From positions 9,610,001 through 9,674,000 of the forward strand of contig OX597826.1 in NCBI GenBank assembly GCA_951406725.2: 64,000 nt of DNA, read 5' to 3'. This stretch comes from Octopus vulgaris. Taxonomy: Eukaryota. The notes under the pieces are model-generated. The model made no database searches, was not told where the DNA came from, and saw only the letters and a program-made list of their open reading frames with translations. Shown piece by piece: positions 12,538-25,404 of the stretch (position 1 is its first letter; every line of letters begins with the position of its first letter). The translations under genes and the position numbers were made by a program.

Positions 12538-14674
12538 GTTAGATGATATAGTCTTGGATACAGTGTGTCTGGATAAAAGACAAAGATGGTTCATTCGGAA
12601 CACTCAGAGCTGACTTAATAATAAAAAAAAAAACAACAGCAGCTACTTCACTGAATTATCAAATGTATGCATTTGATTAAAAGAAATTAATTTCAGAAAT
12701 TACGTGTTTCATCCACACATTCAAATTTTGATTTCTGTTTGAAGAGAGATTACAGTATTTTTACAATTTTCTTAGTTCCATCTAGAATGTGAAAACCAGA
12801 TTGATTAATAGTGACGCTTAATGTTGTACCTGGTTGTGCTAAGTACAGGTGGACAAAGTAGCATCGACCAGATGCGACCATAATGCATAATGTCATATAA
12901 CACCATAACCAAAGCCTGGTGAATTAACCATATCAGTCAGTGTTAAATAAGTAAAACAGTAAAATTTCCAGCGACGTTCTGCTTTGGTAAAAACTAACAG
13001 AAATCAGCAGGATAAATGTCAAACCATTTGACATTTCATCTCTCTCTCTCTCCCTCTCTCTTTCTTTTCTCTCTCCAATGAAGGATTTTTGTACAGAATG
13101 TTAGATTTCTCTTCTTGCTCATGCCATAAAATTTATTCCACTGTTTGAACTATTTATATCAAAGTTAACTTTTCTTTGTTAATGTTTCTTTAATTTCAAA
13201 CTAGCCTTGGCTTTAATGGGACTTCAAATTCATAATTATTGAGACAGTTGCTTTTACATCTGGGTGTTTTCAACCATAAATTATAAATTGATAAGGGGAG
13301 AATGTCATTGCTTTCCAGCTAGGCTCTGTAAGACAATTAGAGTAACGTGATTTGCTCAATTCCAAAAACGATAATTCCATCGCTTTCACATCATTTTCAA
13401 CTTCTATAAGCAACCATTTATCAAGAGTTAACTGGAGTTTGTGTTGTCTAAAATCTAGCTGAAAAACCACCAGGACCATTACCATACAAAAAAATGCATA
13501 AACTTTATATTCTAGGTTCACAACCTATATTTGAAAACTTTGAGTATTTACAGCTTCTTGAGTGGAATTTATTGAAAATTTAAATACATATATCAATCAA
13601 AACATAAGAGATGACAAATCAAAGTAACTGATTCCATTATACTGAGAGAATTAATGCATTTGTTGCATGCAAGAGAAATGCCAACATTGGTTCTGGTTCA
13701 AACATTTCATAGAACGTTTGATTGCATGCTGAATGAAAGAATATCATGTTCTTTAAATGGTAGCAAAAATATACCAGTAAAACAGTAGAAAAGTGTGTTA
13801 AGATCATTTGGTCAATAGTTAATGTTGCTCAGATGAAGTAACAAAGGGGAGAGAGAGAGAGAGAGAGAGAGATTGTGTAGTAAAGTGGTGTTGCAGATTC
13901 ATCTAACAAATGCAGAACTCAAATGGCACCCTCTCAAATATCAGCCCTCAGAATACAATTGCAACAGGTTTATATCCTTCTTAATTAGTGGCAGTAATGG
14001 ATCTCCATCAGTGTCAGTGATGAGTGTTCAGTTCTTTGACTGACTGAACTACTTTTTTCATTCAATTAGGATGTAAAGGGCTGAACATTCCACAGACATA
14101 TCTAACATTGATATAATTCTCAGACCAGGTCTCAATGATACAATGTGACAAGGCTGTTGCCTTTGATTTTTAGGGACAATCCTGGGAGAAAGAAAGGGGA
14201 GAAGATTCAAGCTTAATAATTTATCAACCCCCTGACAGTGTGAAAGGCAAAGTTGACCTTAGCAGGATGTGAACTTAAGAGTGCAGCCGGACTTTTAAAT
14301 TACAGGTACAATCCATTCAATAGGCTTCCATGCAGTTTCCATCTACCTAATTTCACTCACAAGGCTTGGGTTAACCTGAGGCTATGCTACAAGTCACTTG
14401 TCCAAGATACTATGCAGTGGGATTGAACCCAAAATCTTATGATTGTTAAGTGAACTTATTAACCATTTGGCCCTCATGGTTTCAGGTTCAGTCCCATTGT
14501 GCAGCATCTTGGGCAAGTGTCTTCTACTAGTGTCTTTGGATGGCTGATGTCTTCTGAGTGAGTTTGGTAAACAGAAACTGTGGATACTGTGTGAAAGACT
14601 ATCAAGGAGGTACTCTAGCATGGCCACAGTCTAATGATTGAAACAAAGTAAAAAATAAAATAATGATGGTAAAC

Positions 14675-15085
14675 AGGCATAGGAGTGGCTGTGTGGTAAG
14701 TAGCTTGCTTACCAACCACATGGTTCCGGGTTCAGTCCCACTGCGTGGCACCTTGGTCAAGTGTCTTCTACTACTGCCTTGGGCCGACCAAAGCCTTGTG
14801 AGTGGATTTGGTAGATGGAAACTGAAAGAAGCCCGTCGTATATATATGTATATATATATATATATATGTATGTGTGAGTATATATTTGTGTGTCTGTGTT
14901 GTCCCCCCAACATCGCTTGACAACCAATGGTGGTGTGTTTACATCCCCCGTAACTTTGCGGTTCGGCAAAAGAGACTGATAGAATAAGTACTAGGCTTAC
15001 AAAGAATAAGTCCTGGGGTCGATTTGCTCGACAAAAGGCGGTGCTTCAGTATGGCCACAGTCAAACGACTGAAACAAGTAAAAGA
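14675..15085 (+). mobile_element. Family A SINE, full length
   Basis: Collinear with the other copies. More partial copies near 3090-3840(-), 4965-5370(-), 14320-14650, 21990-22400(-), 26280-26430(-), 27595-27950, 28565-28900, 32925-33255, 46870-47585(-), 51295-51622(-), 59600-60250(-). Confidence 0.92.
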
Positions 15086-15339
15086 CTATGCTGCTGCCAC
15101 CAAAGTGGTGTCAATGCAAAGATATGTAGAAGCAAATACACACACAGAGAATACCATTTAGGGAAGATTGAACCAGAAAGTCTGTGGCTACATAGTGAAC
15201 TTTTTAACTATACAACCATACCTGTTCCTCTTCACACAGAGAATACATTTAAATGCATACAATTCCAAACCCCAAAATTAATTTCATCTCAGTAAATCAA
15301 AGGAAAAAATACATAAACATTAAAGTAATAAGAACTCAC

Positions 15340-15434
15340 CTTTACAAAGAAGCATCACTTACATCAATATCTCTGTACTATTTATCTATTATTGCAATAC
15401 ATTCTCGTATGAGAAGCAAATAAAATTCACTTCT
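15340..15434 (-). other. Candidate small (UTR-like) exon of a minus-strand transcript
   Basis: Poly-T tract plus CAG acceptor (ttttttttttaaaaccag) and a strong donor AAG|GTGAGT, in non-repetitive sequence. All three frames contain stops, apart from a terminal ATG-CTT-CTT-TGT-AAA-G. Motif evidence only. Confidence 0.2.
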
Positions 15435-16005
15435 CTGGTTTTAAAAAAAAAAATTACATTTTTCCATCATTTATTTTCAGTTATTATTAAACAATATATG
15501 TATTATTCAAATAAATAAATTATACAAAACACAATTACTTATTTATATTTTATAAATTCATTTATTTCATTTATTTATTTATTTACTAATTTTGTTTATT
15601 CATTTGTAGTAACTTTCATGTTCTTTTCGTAACAGAATCCTCGGAGGCTGTATTTAAAATATCGATATTAGATATATTAAACAATCAATATCACATAGTA
15701 ACCTACTGATATAGAACTTAATCATGTCTATTTAACAAGAGATATTCTCCTATTTGTTCTGGTGATACATGCGTAGCAGCAGTGTTTAGCTAAGGATTCT
15801 GAACATTTTTAGCTGAGTTTACTTTCACTGATGCAGTCTTAGATCAAGCTATTTATTTAGATTCACAATACTACGTCTCTCTGTTGATAAAAGGATATTT
15901 TTATTGTACCAAACTATTTAATTGTGGAAAATTGGATTTTGGTGTTTCCTCTGTACTTATGTGTATAAATATATATATGCAACCACACGTATGAAAACAT
16001 ATGCA

Positions 16006-16047
<42 letters not shown>

Positions 16048-16075
16048 CATACATATATATGTATATATATATATT

Positions 16076-16127
<52 letters not shown>

Positions 16128-16656
16128 GCATAGTTGTGTGGTTAAGAAGTTCAGTTCACAACCATACTAGACAGTTGCAGATTTGCCCTGATCCAGAGGA
16201 CTTTGGACCTGGGGAAATGTTATCTGCTATAACACTGGGCTGACCAAAGTTTTGTGGGTGGATTTACTAGTTAGAAGCTGAAAGCCTACTCTGTGTGTGT
16301 TTGTGCATGTATATATATATACATATATATACATTTATTATATATATATATATCATGGACTCTCCTGTTGTTAGATGACATATGAGGGTTCGACAATTTC
16401 TTGCCAAACAACCACACAGATGATTTGTTTATGGCAATCAAATGTTTGTGTAGACATAAGCTCACTCCCTCCCTCCATCAAATTGATATTACCTGCACAG
16501 GTGTAACTGGGTCCCACAATTCAGATGTCGAACTGATTGCAGAGCAACATGAAATAAAGTGCTTTGCTCATGAACACAATGCAATGTCTGGGAATCGAAT
16601 CCATGATCTTGCAATCATGAATATGCGACACCCTAACCACTAAGCCATGTGCATTC

Positions 16657-16727
<71 letters not shown>

Positions 16728-16729
16728 TA

Positions 16730-17027
16730 ATAGCCTAGTGGTTAGGGCAGCGGACTCGCGGTCGCAGGATCGCGGTTTCGATTCCCAGACCGGGCGTTGT
16801 GAGTGTTTATTGAGCGAAAACACCTAAAAGCTCCACGAGGCTCCGGCAGGGGGTGGTGATCCCTGCTGTACTCTTTCACCACTCTTTCTCCCACTCTTTC
16901 TTCTGTTGGCCTGCTCGCTTAGCCAGCGGGGTGGCGTCATTCGAAGGCTAAAACAATGCGAACGCATTGTGGCCAGCGATGTGTTACAACATCTGATGGT
17001 CTGGTCGGTCACGTGATCACGTGATAT
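16730..17027 (+). mobile_element. Family C tRNA-derived SINE
   Basis: Head GCCTAGTGGTTAGGGCAGCGGACTCGCGGTCGCAGGATCGCGGTTTCGATTCCC, ending in CACGTGAT repeats. Collinear with 59015-59322. Older relatives near 16400-16650(-), 17060-17300(-), 17615-17800. Confidence 0.88.
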
Positions 17028-17815
17028 GTACACACACACACACACATATATATCACTGTATCAATCACATGATCAGATGCTGGTACACATTGCTGACTAC
17101 AATGTGCTTCCTCGCATAGCTTTTGAATGATGCCATCATGTTGGCTAAGCAGGCAGACCAACGTTTCCCCTGAATAGAATACCAGTCTATTGCAAGGTTA
17201 CCCTTTTACAGCTGAGTGAACGGGGGTTACATGAAATGAAGGGTTTTGCTCAAGAACATAATGCACCACCGGTCTGGAAACCGGAACCATGATCTTGCCT
17301 TCGTGTATATAATGCATTGTGTGTTTATGTGCCCTTGTCTTGACAGTGTCCGCTTATTGTGAATAAACATCACCGTCATACAGCTGGTGGTTTTTATTTG
17401 CAACCTTCTGCGAAAACATGCCTGGCCATTTTGCTGGTCGTGTTTGAAGAACTATAGGAAATATTACCTCATTTGGAAACAGGTGAGGGTTAGTAACTGG
17501 AAGAGCATCTGATCGTAGAATATCTGCCCTACTGTTCTATGCAAGTATGGAAAAGTGGATGTTAAATAATAATAATAATAATGATTATTATTATTATTAT
17601 CATTACCATGAAGACACATGACCTAGTGGTTAGGGTGTTACACTCATGACCACAGGATCATGGTTTCAATTCTTAGACTGAGTGATGCGTTGTGTTCTTA
17701 AGCAAAACACTTCCTTTCACATTGCTTTGCGATCACTTCAACACTTGATATGCGGTACACTGTGCACCTGTTCAGGCAACTTTAATTTGATGGAGGCAGT
17801 GAGCACAAGCATGAC

Positions 17816-17850
<35 letters not shown>

Positions 17851-17904
17851 TCATCATATGTCAACTTCAATGGGAGAGTCCATCCTTATTATTATTATTA
17901 TTAT

Positions 17905-18285
17905 TCGAGCTGGCAGAATCCTTAGCACACCTGGTGAAATGCCTAGAGGTACTTTGTCTGCTGTAATGTTCTGAGTTCAAATTCCACCGAGGTCAACTTT
18001 GCCTTTCATCCTTTCGGGGTCAATTAAATAAGTACCTGTTATGCAATGGGGTCGATGTAATCGACTTAATCCCTTTGTCTGTCTTTGTTTGTCCTCTCTA
18101 TGTTTAGCCCCCTGTGGGCAATAAAGAAATAAAATTATAATAATTATTATTATTATTATGGCCAACTCTGCCTTTCATCCTTTCAGGGTGGATAAGTTAA
18201 GTACCAGTTGAATGCTGGGGTTGATGTAATTGACTCATATCCTCCCCCCAAAGTGGCTGCCCTTGTGGGAAAATTTGAAACCATT
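17905..18285 (+). mobile_element. Family B SINE copies followed by (TAT)n
   Basis: GAGCTGGCAGAATC...GAGTTCAAATTCC...GCCTTTCATCCTTTCGGGGTC...AGCCCCCTGTGGGCAATAAAGAAAT. Confidence 0.85.
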
Positions 18286-18301
18286 ATTATTATTATTATC
18301 A

Positions 18302-18332
<31 letters not shown>

Positions 18333-19091
18333 TATTATTATTATTACTATTATGGTGATAGTGGTAGTGTGTGTATCTTTTAAAGATAATTCTATCCATT
18401 TACATTGCAGTGATTTTACTATTCATATTGTGAATCTTGCTCTTAGTCATATCATTTCAGAATTTCAGTATGAGACTTAGTGTGTTAAACAGTCATGGAT
18501 TTGTATATCTGTTGGTGGTTGGGTGACTACAAAGTTATTCTGTGATTTTTATGTGATATGAAGTAGGGTGGAGGTGAGGGAATAAAACTCAGAGCTTATC
18601 CAGTAAAAACGTTTATGGGTTCTCGTTTTGACAGTTATTCTTGACAGAACCTATTTGGTGTAATCAGTAGCATAATCTCCCAGTAAGGGGTAGATGGAAT
18701 TTAAAGTATCATAATGACATATTTCATAGTGGGATGAATTTTACTGCCTTAGCCTGTATTTGTAAATATCTCCTCCTCTTCATTATCATTGGCGTCATCT
18801 TCATGCATATTGTTGTTTAATACCAAGTCGGCTGTGAGAGGTCAGACCTATGATCAACAACATTCTAACCATAACAATCCCATTATATATACATATATAT
18901 ATATGTGTGTGTGTGTGTATCAATATATATATATGTATGTATGTATATGTTTATGTATATATATGTATCAATAAATATCACAAGTTTTTTTTAAATTCTT
19001 TCTCACCTTTCTGAACGTCAAACTAGTACACCTGCTTGTTGTTTATACACCTGTCTTCATCTTTTCTTTTTCTGTCAATTTCAACTATATA

Positions 19092-19125
<34 letters not shown>

Positions 19126-19129
<4 letters not shown>

Positions 19130-20002
19130 ATACGTTGAATAATTTATCATCTAAATTATGCTAAAATGAAAATAACTCTTACATCTCATTTTAACAGTTA
19201 TATTTACTAAAATTACATCAAAATATCTTGGAATACAAAAGAGTAAATTTATTCAAAAAAAAATCGCCATTGTCTTCAACCACAGCCTCCAGATGACGAC
19301 TTTGGAATCTCCTGCAACTCTTCTGGATGGTCTCCTTGTTTAACTTGGTGAATGCTGCCATATTCTTTGCCTTCAGTTCATCTTTGGTGTTACAGGAAGT
19401 TTTGTTGGTCTCTCACTCAACTGCACCCCACACATAATAATAAAGGGGATTGCAGTCTGGGGAGTTAGGTGGCCAGATGTTAGGGGTGATGTGGTTGCAG
19501 AAATAGCCAGACAGCCGTAACTGGCTTCTCCTGCTTGTGTGGCATGGTACAGAGTTCTGTTGCTAGACTGAGGGTCTTCCAGCAGCCATTCTCTTGATCC
19601 AGGGCTGCACTACCTCCTCCAGGCACTTGATGTAGGCCTCTGTGTTGAGTCTGAGGGTGTGTGGGAAGATGAATGGAGGCATAACGTCGCCATCACTAGT
19701 GATCACTCCAAACACCATGATGTTGACTTGGTGGTTGATTGTTATCACTCTTGGTACATGTCCTCAGACTGACACACAAACATTCTGAAATGTTCGTATT
19801 GGAGCTTCCGGCATGAATGCCAAGCAATACAGCATGTTGTTTCTAAATTTCTGGCAGAGTGAATTGTATAATGGTGCTGTTTTTTCCAATAGGCAGTGCC
19901 CAACTGACCCTATTATACTGTGTAGTTGACAAAATCAAAAACAAACAATGTGCATATGCGAAATTAAAAATATGAAATGGCAACAATTTACCCATCACAC
20001 CA

Positions 20003-20005
<3 letters not shown>
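19126..20005 (-). mobile_element. Internally deleted Tc1/mariner-superfamily transposon (transposase C-terminal relic)
   Basis: MVFGVITSDGDVMPPFIFP..LRLNTEAYIKCLEEVV.PWIK...QQNSVPCHTS...WPPNSPDCNPL.YYVWG...EL. Flanked by (TA)n; TIRs are degraded. Confidence 0.9.
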
Positions 20006-20039
<34 letters not shown>

Positions 20040-20044
<5 letters not shown>

Positions 20045-21600
20045 TTACTATTTATAATTCTCTCTAAAGGAGACTATAGCAGTGGTACTCGATATTAATA
20101 GTTATCGCCAAGCTAACATGGCAGTCCAGAAAAGTAGGACGAATGCTGCCGTTGATTAGCTCCAAGAAGCTATCGCTTCTAGCTAGCTATATGAGACACA
20201 AACCCGTGTTGATTATAATCTTTGAACAGGGGAGGTCAGCAGCTTCCCCTTGCAAGGGGCACAGACAATAATGCGTCCAATCCTATTGGCTGATCAGAGA
20301 GAAAGAAGGAAATTCAAGTTAGAAAAATATCGCACGTGGAGAAATGATAGGAGAGGGAAAATTATAATAAGGCAGAATGCTAAATTGAAAGTAAATTTTA
20401 ATAAAAATGGGTGTAAGGAAAATAGAAAAATAAAAAATAATAAATCTAAGCGGTTTTCATCGCAAGGCAAATTTTCAAGATTTGGAAGGGGAAAAGAAAT
20501 TTTTCTTAAATTGAGGAAGGGGAAAAAAGAAATTTACAATGTTTTTTTAAAAAATAATAATACATATATGCAAAAATTAATAAATAAGTATACAATCCAT
20601 TGTAGAATCTTTATGCTTTTAGAGTTCAATAATAGTCCTTGGAAAAACTTCTTTGGAAGATTAGGATGCATGTGTTTAAAAGTGGTGCTTAGTTTAAAGT
20701 GTTTGGTAAAAGAGTGTCAAAACAAGAAATGGGGTAGGAGTTATCCAGTTGCTGTAAGGGGAGACAATTCTGTGGATTTTATGCTCTAATTGGAATGATG
20801 GATTTTTTTGTCAAATAGGATGATTATATCAATTTTTTGTCAGATAGGATGCTAGAAAAAGGAGTATGGTCATTGTGGAGTTTGCATATTAAGATGCGTT
20901 TGGAATTTTTCAATAAAAAGATTCTCCTTGTTGATTCTTTCTTGTGTAGAGATTCCGTCTTTACATTGGTAGAAAGGGAATTTGTGAAATTTAGGATTCT
21001 TATCTCTAGCGCAAGTGTCTATGTGGCTACTTAGTGGAATTTGACAGTATTGTGGGAGGTTTATCTGTTCTTTATGGACCTCTACTCTTCTATGTAAAGG
21101 AAGGCTCGTTTGTGCACGCCCTAACTGTGGTACCTTCCCCTTCCTACTTGAAGGCTCTGAATTTACTTTCAAACAAGGAACAAAGTTTAAAATCAAGACC
21201 AACTACTCCTGTTCCTCCAAGAACTTCATCTACATTCTCACATGCGCCGGGTGAGGATGGATGAGTGTATACTTTTAGGCGCATGCATGTGGGTGTGTGA
21301 GCACACATGTGTAGGTATGAACATGCGCGCTTATGCAAATACTATGAACTTTTTTTACCCCCTTACTTTTACTCCATCCCCTCACTTAGCTGTCATTCAA
21401 ATAGCTCTTTTGTCTTAATAACGGTCAGTCACACAGTAGTTTCCCTTTGTATAATGGTCATGGGTTTCCACCTCGGCATCCAAAACTCGGAGTTTTATCA
21501 TGGCTACCGAATAATTGTCACATATTACATTTACAGATAAATTCCTCTATTTACATAATATCGAGGTCTCTTTCATTCTTTTGTTGTTTTAACATTTTTT
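20040..21600 (-). mobile_element. Composite Penelope-like remnant with GIY-YIG C-terminus
   Basis: ORF 20870..21202 contains LHRRVEVHKEQI..PQYCQIPLSSHIDTCA...FPFYQC...ERINKENLFIEKFQTHLN, a typical Penelope endonuclease end. Begins at a (TA)n tract. Boundaries are approximate. Confidence 0.75.
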
Positions 21601-21605
21601 ATCAA

Positions 21606-21757
21606 TGGTTGGCGTTAGGAAGGTCACCCAGCCGTAGAAACATTGCCAGATCAGACTGGGCCGGGTGCAGCCTTCTGGCTTCCCAGACCCCAGTTGAACC
21701 GTCCGACCCATGCTAGCATGGAAAGCGGACGCTAAACGATGATGATGATGAAGATGA
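21606..21757 (+). mobile_element. RTE LINE 3' UTR fragment
   Basis: GGTTGGCGTTAGGAAGG...CCCATGCTAGCATGGAAAGCGGACGCTAAAC(GAT)n. Confidence 0.88.
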
Positions 21758-21842
21758 TATATATATATATATATATGTCTGTTTGTACATACATGTGTTA
21801 CCTTAGTTCTTCTAATATATATGTATGAATATGTGTGTGTGC

Positions 21843-21880
<38 letters not shown>

Positions 21881-23262
21881 AACTCAGCTTATAGTAGAGT
21901 CTGATTTAAGAAAGATTTTGGCTGCTATTTCCAGTAAGTGAAGTAAATCTGTAGGAGCTTCCTCATTAGCCCAGATATTTATCATCTGAGTCTCTTTTGC
22001 TGAATTGCAATATTACAGTATAAACAAACCAATAATGGTTGTGAAGTGGTGGTGGTGGTGGTGGTAGTGGGGGGGGGAACAAGCACAAACAAAGATACAC
22101 ATGCACACACTCACACACACACACACACACACAATAGGCTATAATAGAAGCCACTTGCCCAAGGTAACACACAGTGGGATTGAACTGGGAACCATATACT
22201 TGAGCAGCAAACTTGTAACTACACCGTTATGCTTGCACTATATGTGTTTGTGTACTTTGGTCTTCTTCAGTTTCCATTTACCAAATCCCCTGACAAGCCT
22301 TTGGTTGATCTGGGGCTATAGTAGAAGACTCGTGTCCAGGGTGTCATGCAGTGGGACTGAACCCAGAACCATGTAGTTGAGAAACAAGAATCTTATCCCA
22401 CATTCTCCCTTAACTACGATAAGGATTATTGAGTTAATGTTGTCTTTTCCTCACTGCATAATTATTTAGAACTAAATTTTTTTCATGCTCACAGCATTGT
22501 ATATACATGTTAATGCTAACTTTACTGTTGTTTTTTTATGCAGATGGCACTCTGAGTAATTTAACTCGATATATTCATATACGTAGTGTAATGGCTCTTC
22601 ACTTCTTTTAATTTACTGAACCAGCCTATTTAACTGTATAACACAGCACTTTCATATTGATTTATTGGTTCTTAGCAACACATGGATTTGATCTCACCAC
22701 TGTAAACCCTTTTAATATCTTTCTTTTCTTTCTTCATTTTAAGTTACATTACTGCACAATCACATTTAAGAAATATTTATTTTCCTAAATTAGAAAAATG
22801 CTGAAGATTAATTGATAATTAATAAAAAAAATGCATCAACTCACACACACACATACATGCACACCGGCACACACTGTGGTTGCTTGTATGTATGAGTGTG
22901 TGTGTATATATATATATGTGTGTATATATATATATGTGTGTATATATATATATATGTATGTGTGTGTGCGACACAGAAGGATGAGGAAGGATCATATGAA
23001 ACACGGGAAAAAACACACAACGGATGTGAACAAGCTCTTCCGTCATCAGTTATTGAACCAAAAATTATCACAATCTCAACGCTTCATCAATACTATTGTT
23101 TTGATAAACTATGTGTATATATATATATGTACATACTCTGGGATTGATCAAGTGATGTAGTCACCCCTGATGATGGTTGAAAATTGATTAAGGCTCTTCA
23201 TCATCATTTTCAATCTAAAGAGAAAAAACTAGATTTGATATGTTTTTATGTTTACTGACTAT

Positions 23263-23300
<38 letters not shown>

Positions 23301-23304
<4 letters not shown>

Positions 23305-24320
23305 TCATCATCATCATTGTTGAACGTCCGTTTTCCATGCTAGCAAGGGTTGAACGGTTCGACCGGGGTCTGGGTAGCCAGGAGGCTGCACCAGGCTCTA
23401 GTCTGATCTGGCAGTGTTTCTACAGCTGGATGCCCTTCCTAACGCCAACCACTCCGTGAGTGTAGTAGGTGCTTTTTGCATGCCACCGGCACAGGTATCA
23501 CAACTGTAATTTCCATTTGATATTTATTTTGATGTTGATGTACTTGACTCAATAGGTCTCCTCAAGCACAGCAGGTCGCCCTATGATTCAAGGGAAGCAC
23601 AACAGGCTGTCCTGTGATCCAAGGTACTTTGGATGGGCTGGGGCTTCTATGTGAAGCTGGTGTAGGAAACAGCCATGAACTCACGTTATTTGTCGGGTCT
23701 CCGCAGTCACAGCATATCTCCAGAGGTCACGGTCTTTCGTCATTGCCTCTGTGAAACCCAACATTCGAAGGTCATGTTTGACTACCTCATCCCATGTCTT
23801 CCTGGGTCTACCTCTACCCCGGATTTCTTCAACTGTTTGGGAGTGGCACTTCTTCACACATCTCTCCTCACCCATCCGTAGTACATGACCATACCATCGC
23901 AGATGTCTCTCTTGCACGCCACATCCAATGCTTCTTATGTCCAACATTTCTCTCAGGGCACTGACACTCTGTCATGTGTGCACACTGACATTACATATCC
24001 AGCGGATCATGCTAGCTTCATTTCTTTCAAGCCTACGCATGTCCTCTGCAGTCGCAACCCATGTTTCACTACCATGAAGCATAGCAGTTCGCACACATGC
24101 ATCATACAATCTACCTTTCACTCTGAATGAGAGACCCTTTGTCACCAGTAGGGGTAGGAGCTTTCTAAACTTTGCCCAGGCTATTCATATTCTAGTGGTG
24201 ACACTCTCTGAGCATCCACCTCCACTACTAACTTGGTCACCCAGGTAGCGGAAACTATCAACTACTTCTAGTTTCTCCTCATGGAGTGTGATGGAATCTG
24301 TTTTCTGAGTATCTGCCGCA
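23301..24320 (-). mobile_element. 5'-truncated RTE-clade LINE (ORF C-terminus, 3' UTR, (GAT)n tail)
   Basis: LEVVDSFRYLGD...AWAKFRKLLPLL...GRLYDACVRTAMLHGSETW...LRWYGHVLRM...RGRGRPRKTWDEVVKHDLR...DRDLWR. In-frame TGA stops are consistent with CGA decay. Confidence 0.95.
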
Positions 24321-24328
24321 CACAAAAG

Positions 24329-24395
<67 letters not shown>

Positions 24396-24477
24396 TGGTC
24401 AAAAGTCTTAATACAAAGATGAAATTTTATGTGTGTGTGTGTGTGTGTGTGCATAAATATGTCTTTATGCAAATACG

Positions 24478-25132
24478 TGTGGGCATGGCTCTGTGGTTAA
24501 AACATTCAATTTGCAGCCATGTGGTCTGGGGTTCAGTCCCACTGTATGGAAATTTGGGTGAGTGTCTTCTACTCTAGCCTCAGACTGAACAAAACCTTGT
24601 GAGTGAAATTTGATTGGCAGTGTGTGTGTGTTCATGTCTCATTGTCTTCGTATTGCATGCTAATTGTAAACAAACATCACCATCATACAAGTGGTGATAT
24701 TCGTTTGTATGAGGGGGTGCTGAAAAGTTCCTGGCTTTAAGGGTATTGCAAAAGGGCTGGCTGGAGGCTCAACCTTCTGAGATCTTTCACAGGGCTTAGA
24801 AAAATTGAAGGACTACTGCAATATGTCTGCGAATCTGAGAAGGGAATATATTAAATAAAATCATAATTAACTGATCCTCTTGTATTTTCTTTTACCAAAA
24901 GCCAAGAACTTTTCAGAACCCTCTCGTAATCTTCCATGAGAACATATCCAACCATTGTTCTGTTGGTGTTCAAAGAACCCATGATGGTGGGGGAAATATT
25001 ATCTTACTTGCAAATAGACGAATGTTGGTGACAGGAAAAGCATCCAGTTGTAGAAAATCTGCGTCGATGAATTTCATTTGATCCATGCAAGCATGGAGAA
25101 GTGGATGTTACGACGACGATGATGATGATGAA
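24478..25132 (+). mobile_element. SINE with family A head and RTE-derived tail (family E), interrupted by a mariner MITE
   Basis: Head as in family A; body GGGAAATATTACCTTACTTGGAAACAG; tail GCATCCAG(C/T)TGTAGAAAATCTG...CCATGCAAGCATGG...(GAT)n. Relatives at 17330-17570, 32565-32920 and 57390-58230. Confidence 0.7.
24710..24926. mobile_element. Mariner-like MITE
   Basis: TIRs TGAGGGGGTGCTGAAAAGTTCCTGGCTT / AAGCCAAGAACTTTTCAGAACCCTCTCG, with TA on both sides (24708-24709, 24927-24928). Confidence 0.88.
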
Positions 25133-25404
25133 GGCGGTGGCGACTGCTGCTGCTGCAAGTAACTAACTTAACTAATTTGTATTACATATTATGAGATATG
25201 AATTATGAAATGTTTTACAATTTTGTCTTTTATTTGACATTTAAGATAGATACATCATTTTATAAATATATGCAATTGTCGTCTGAAAAAAAAAAAGTGA
25301 TCTCATATTGTTGCTTTACATAGCAATGGACTCGTGTTCAGGAAGATATTAACTTAGCTGACTGTGTCTGTTGTTGCTGTCAAGAAAACTTTGTATTGAT
25401 TTCA

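Noticed and set aside
13270-13521. 83-aa minus-strand ORF with a possible acceptor near 13459
   Set aside because: No recognisable domain and no convincing donor; it does not splice in frame with the 15340 candidate.
16730-16800. tRNA-like sequence
   Set aside because: No complete acceptor stem or terminator; it runs into a SINE body shared with 59015-59322. It is a SINE head, not a tRNA gene.
20065-20160. HDV-like ribozyme reading of GGACGAATGCTG
   Set aside because: I could not build P1, P3 and P1.1 of the nested pseudoknot. Kept only as an unassigned structured region.
20250-20789. 179-aa Lys/Asn-rich ORF
   Set aside because: A-rich antisense strand of a Penelope-like remnant; compositional ORF with no motif.
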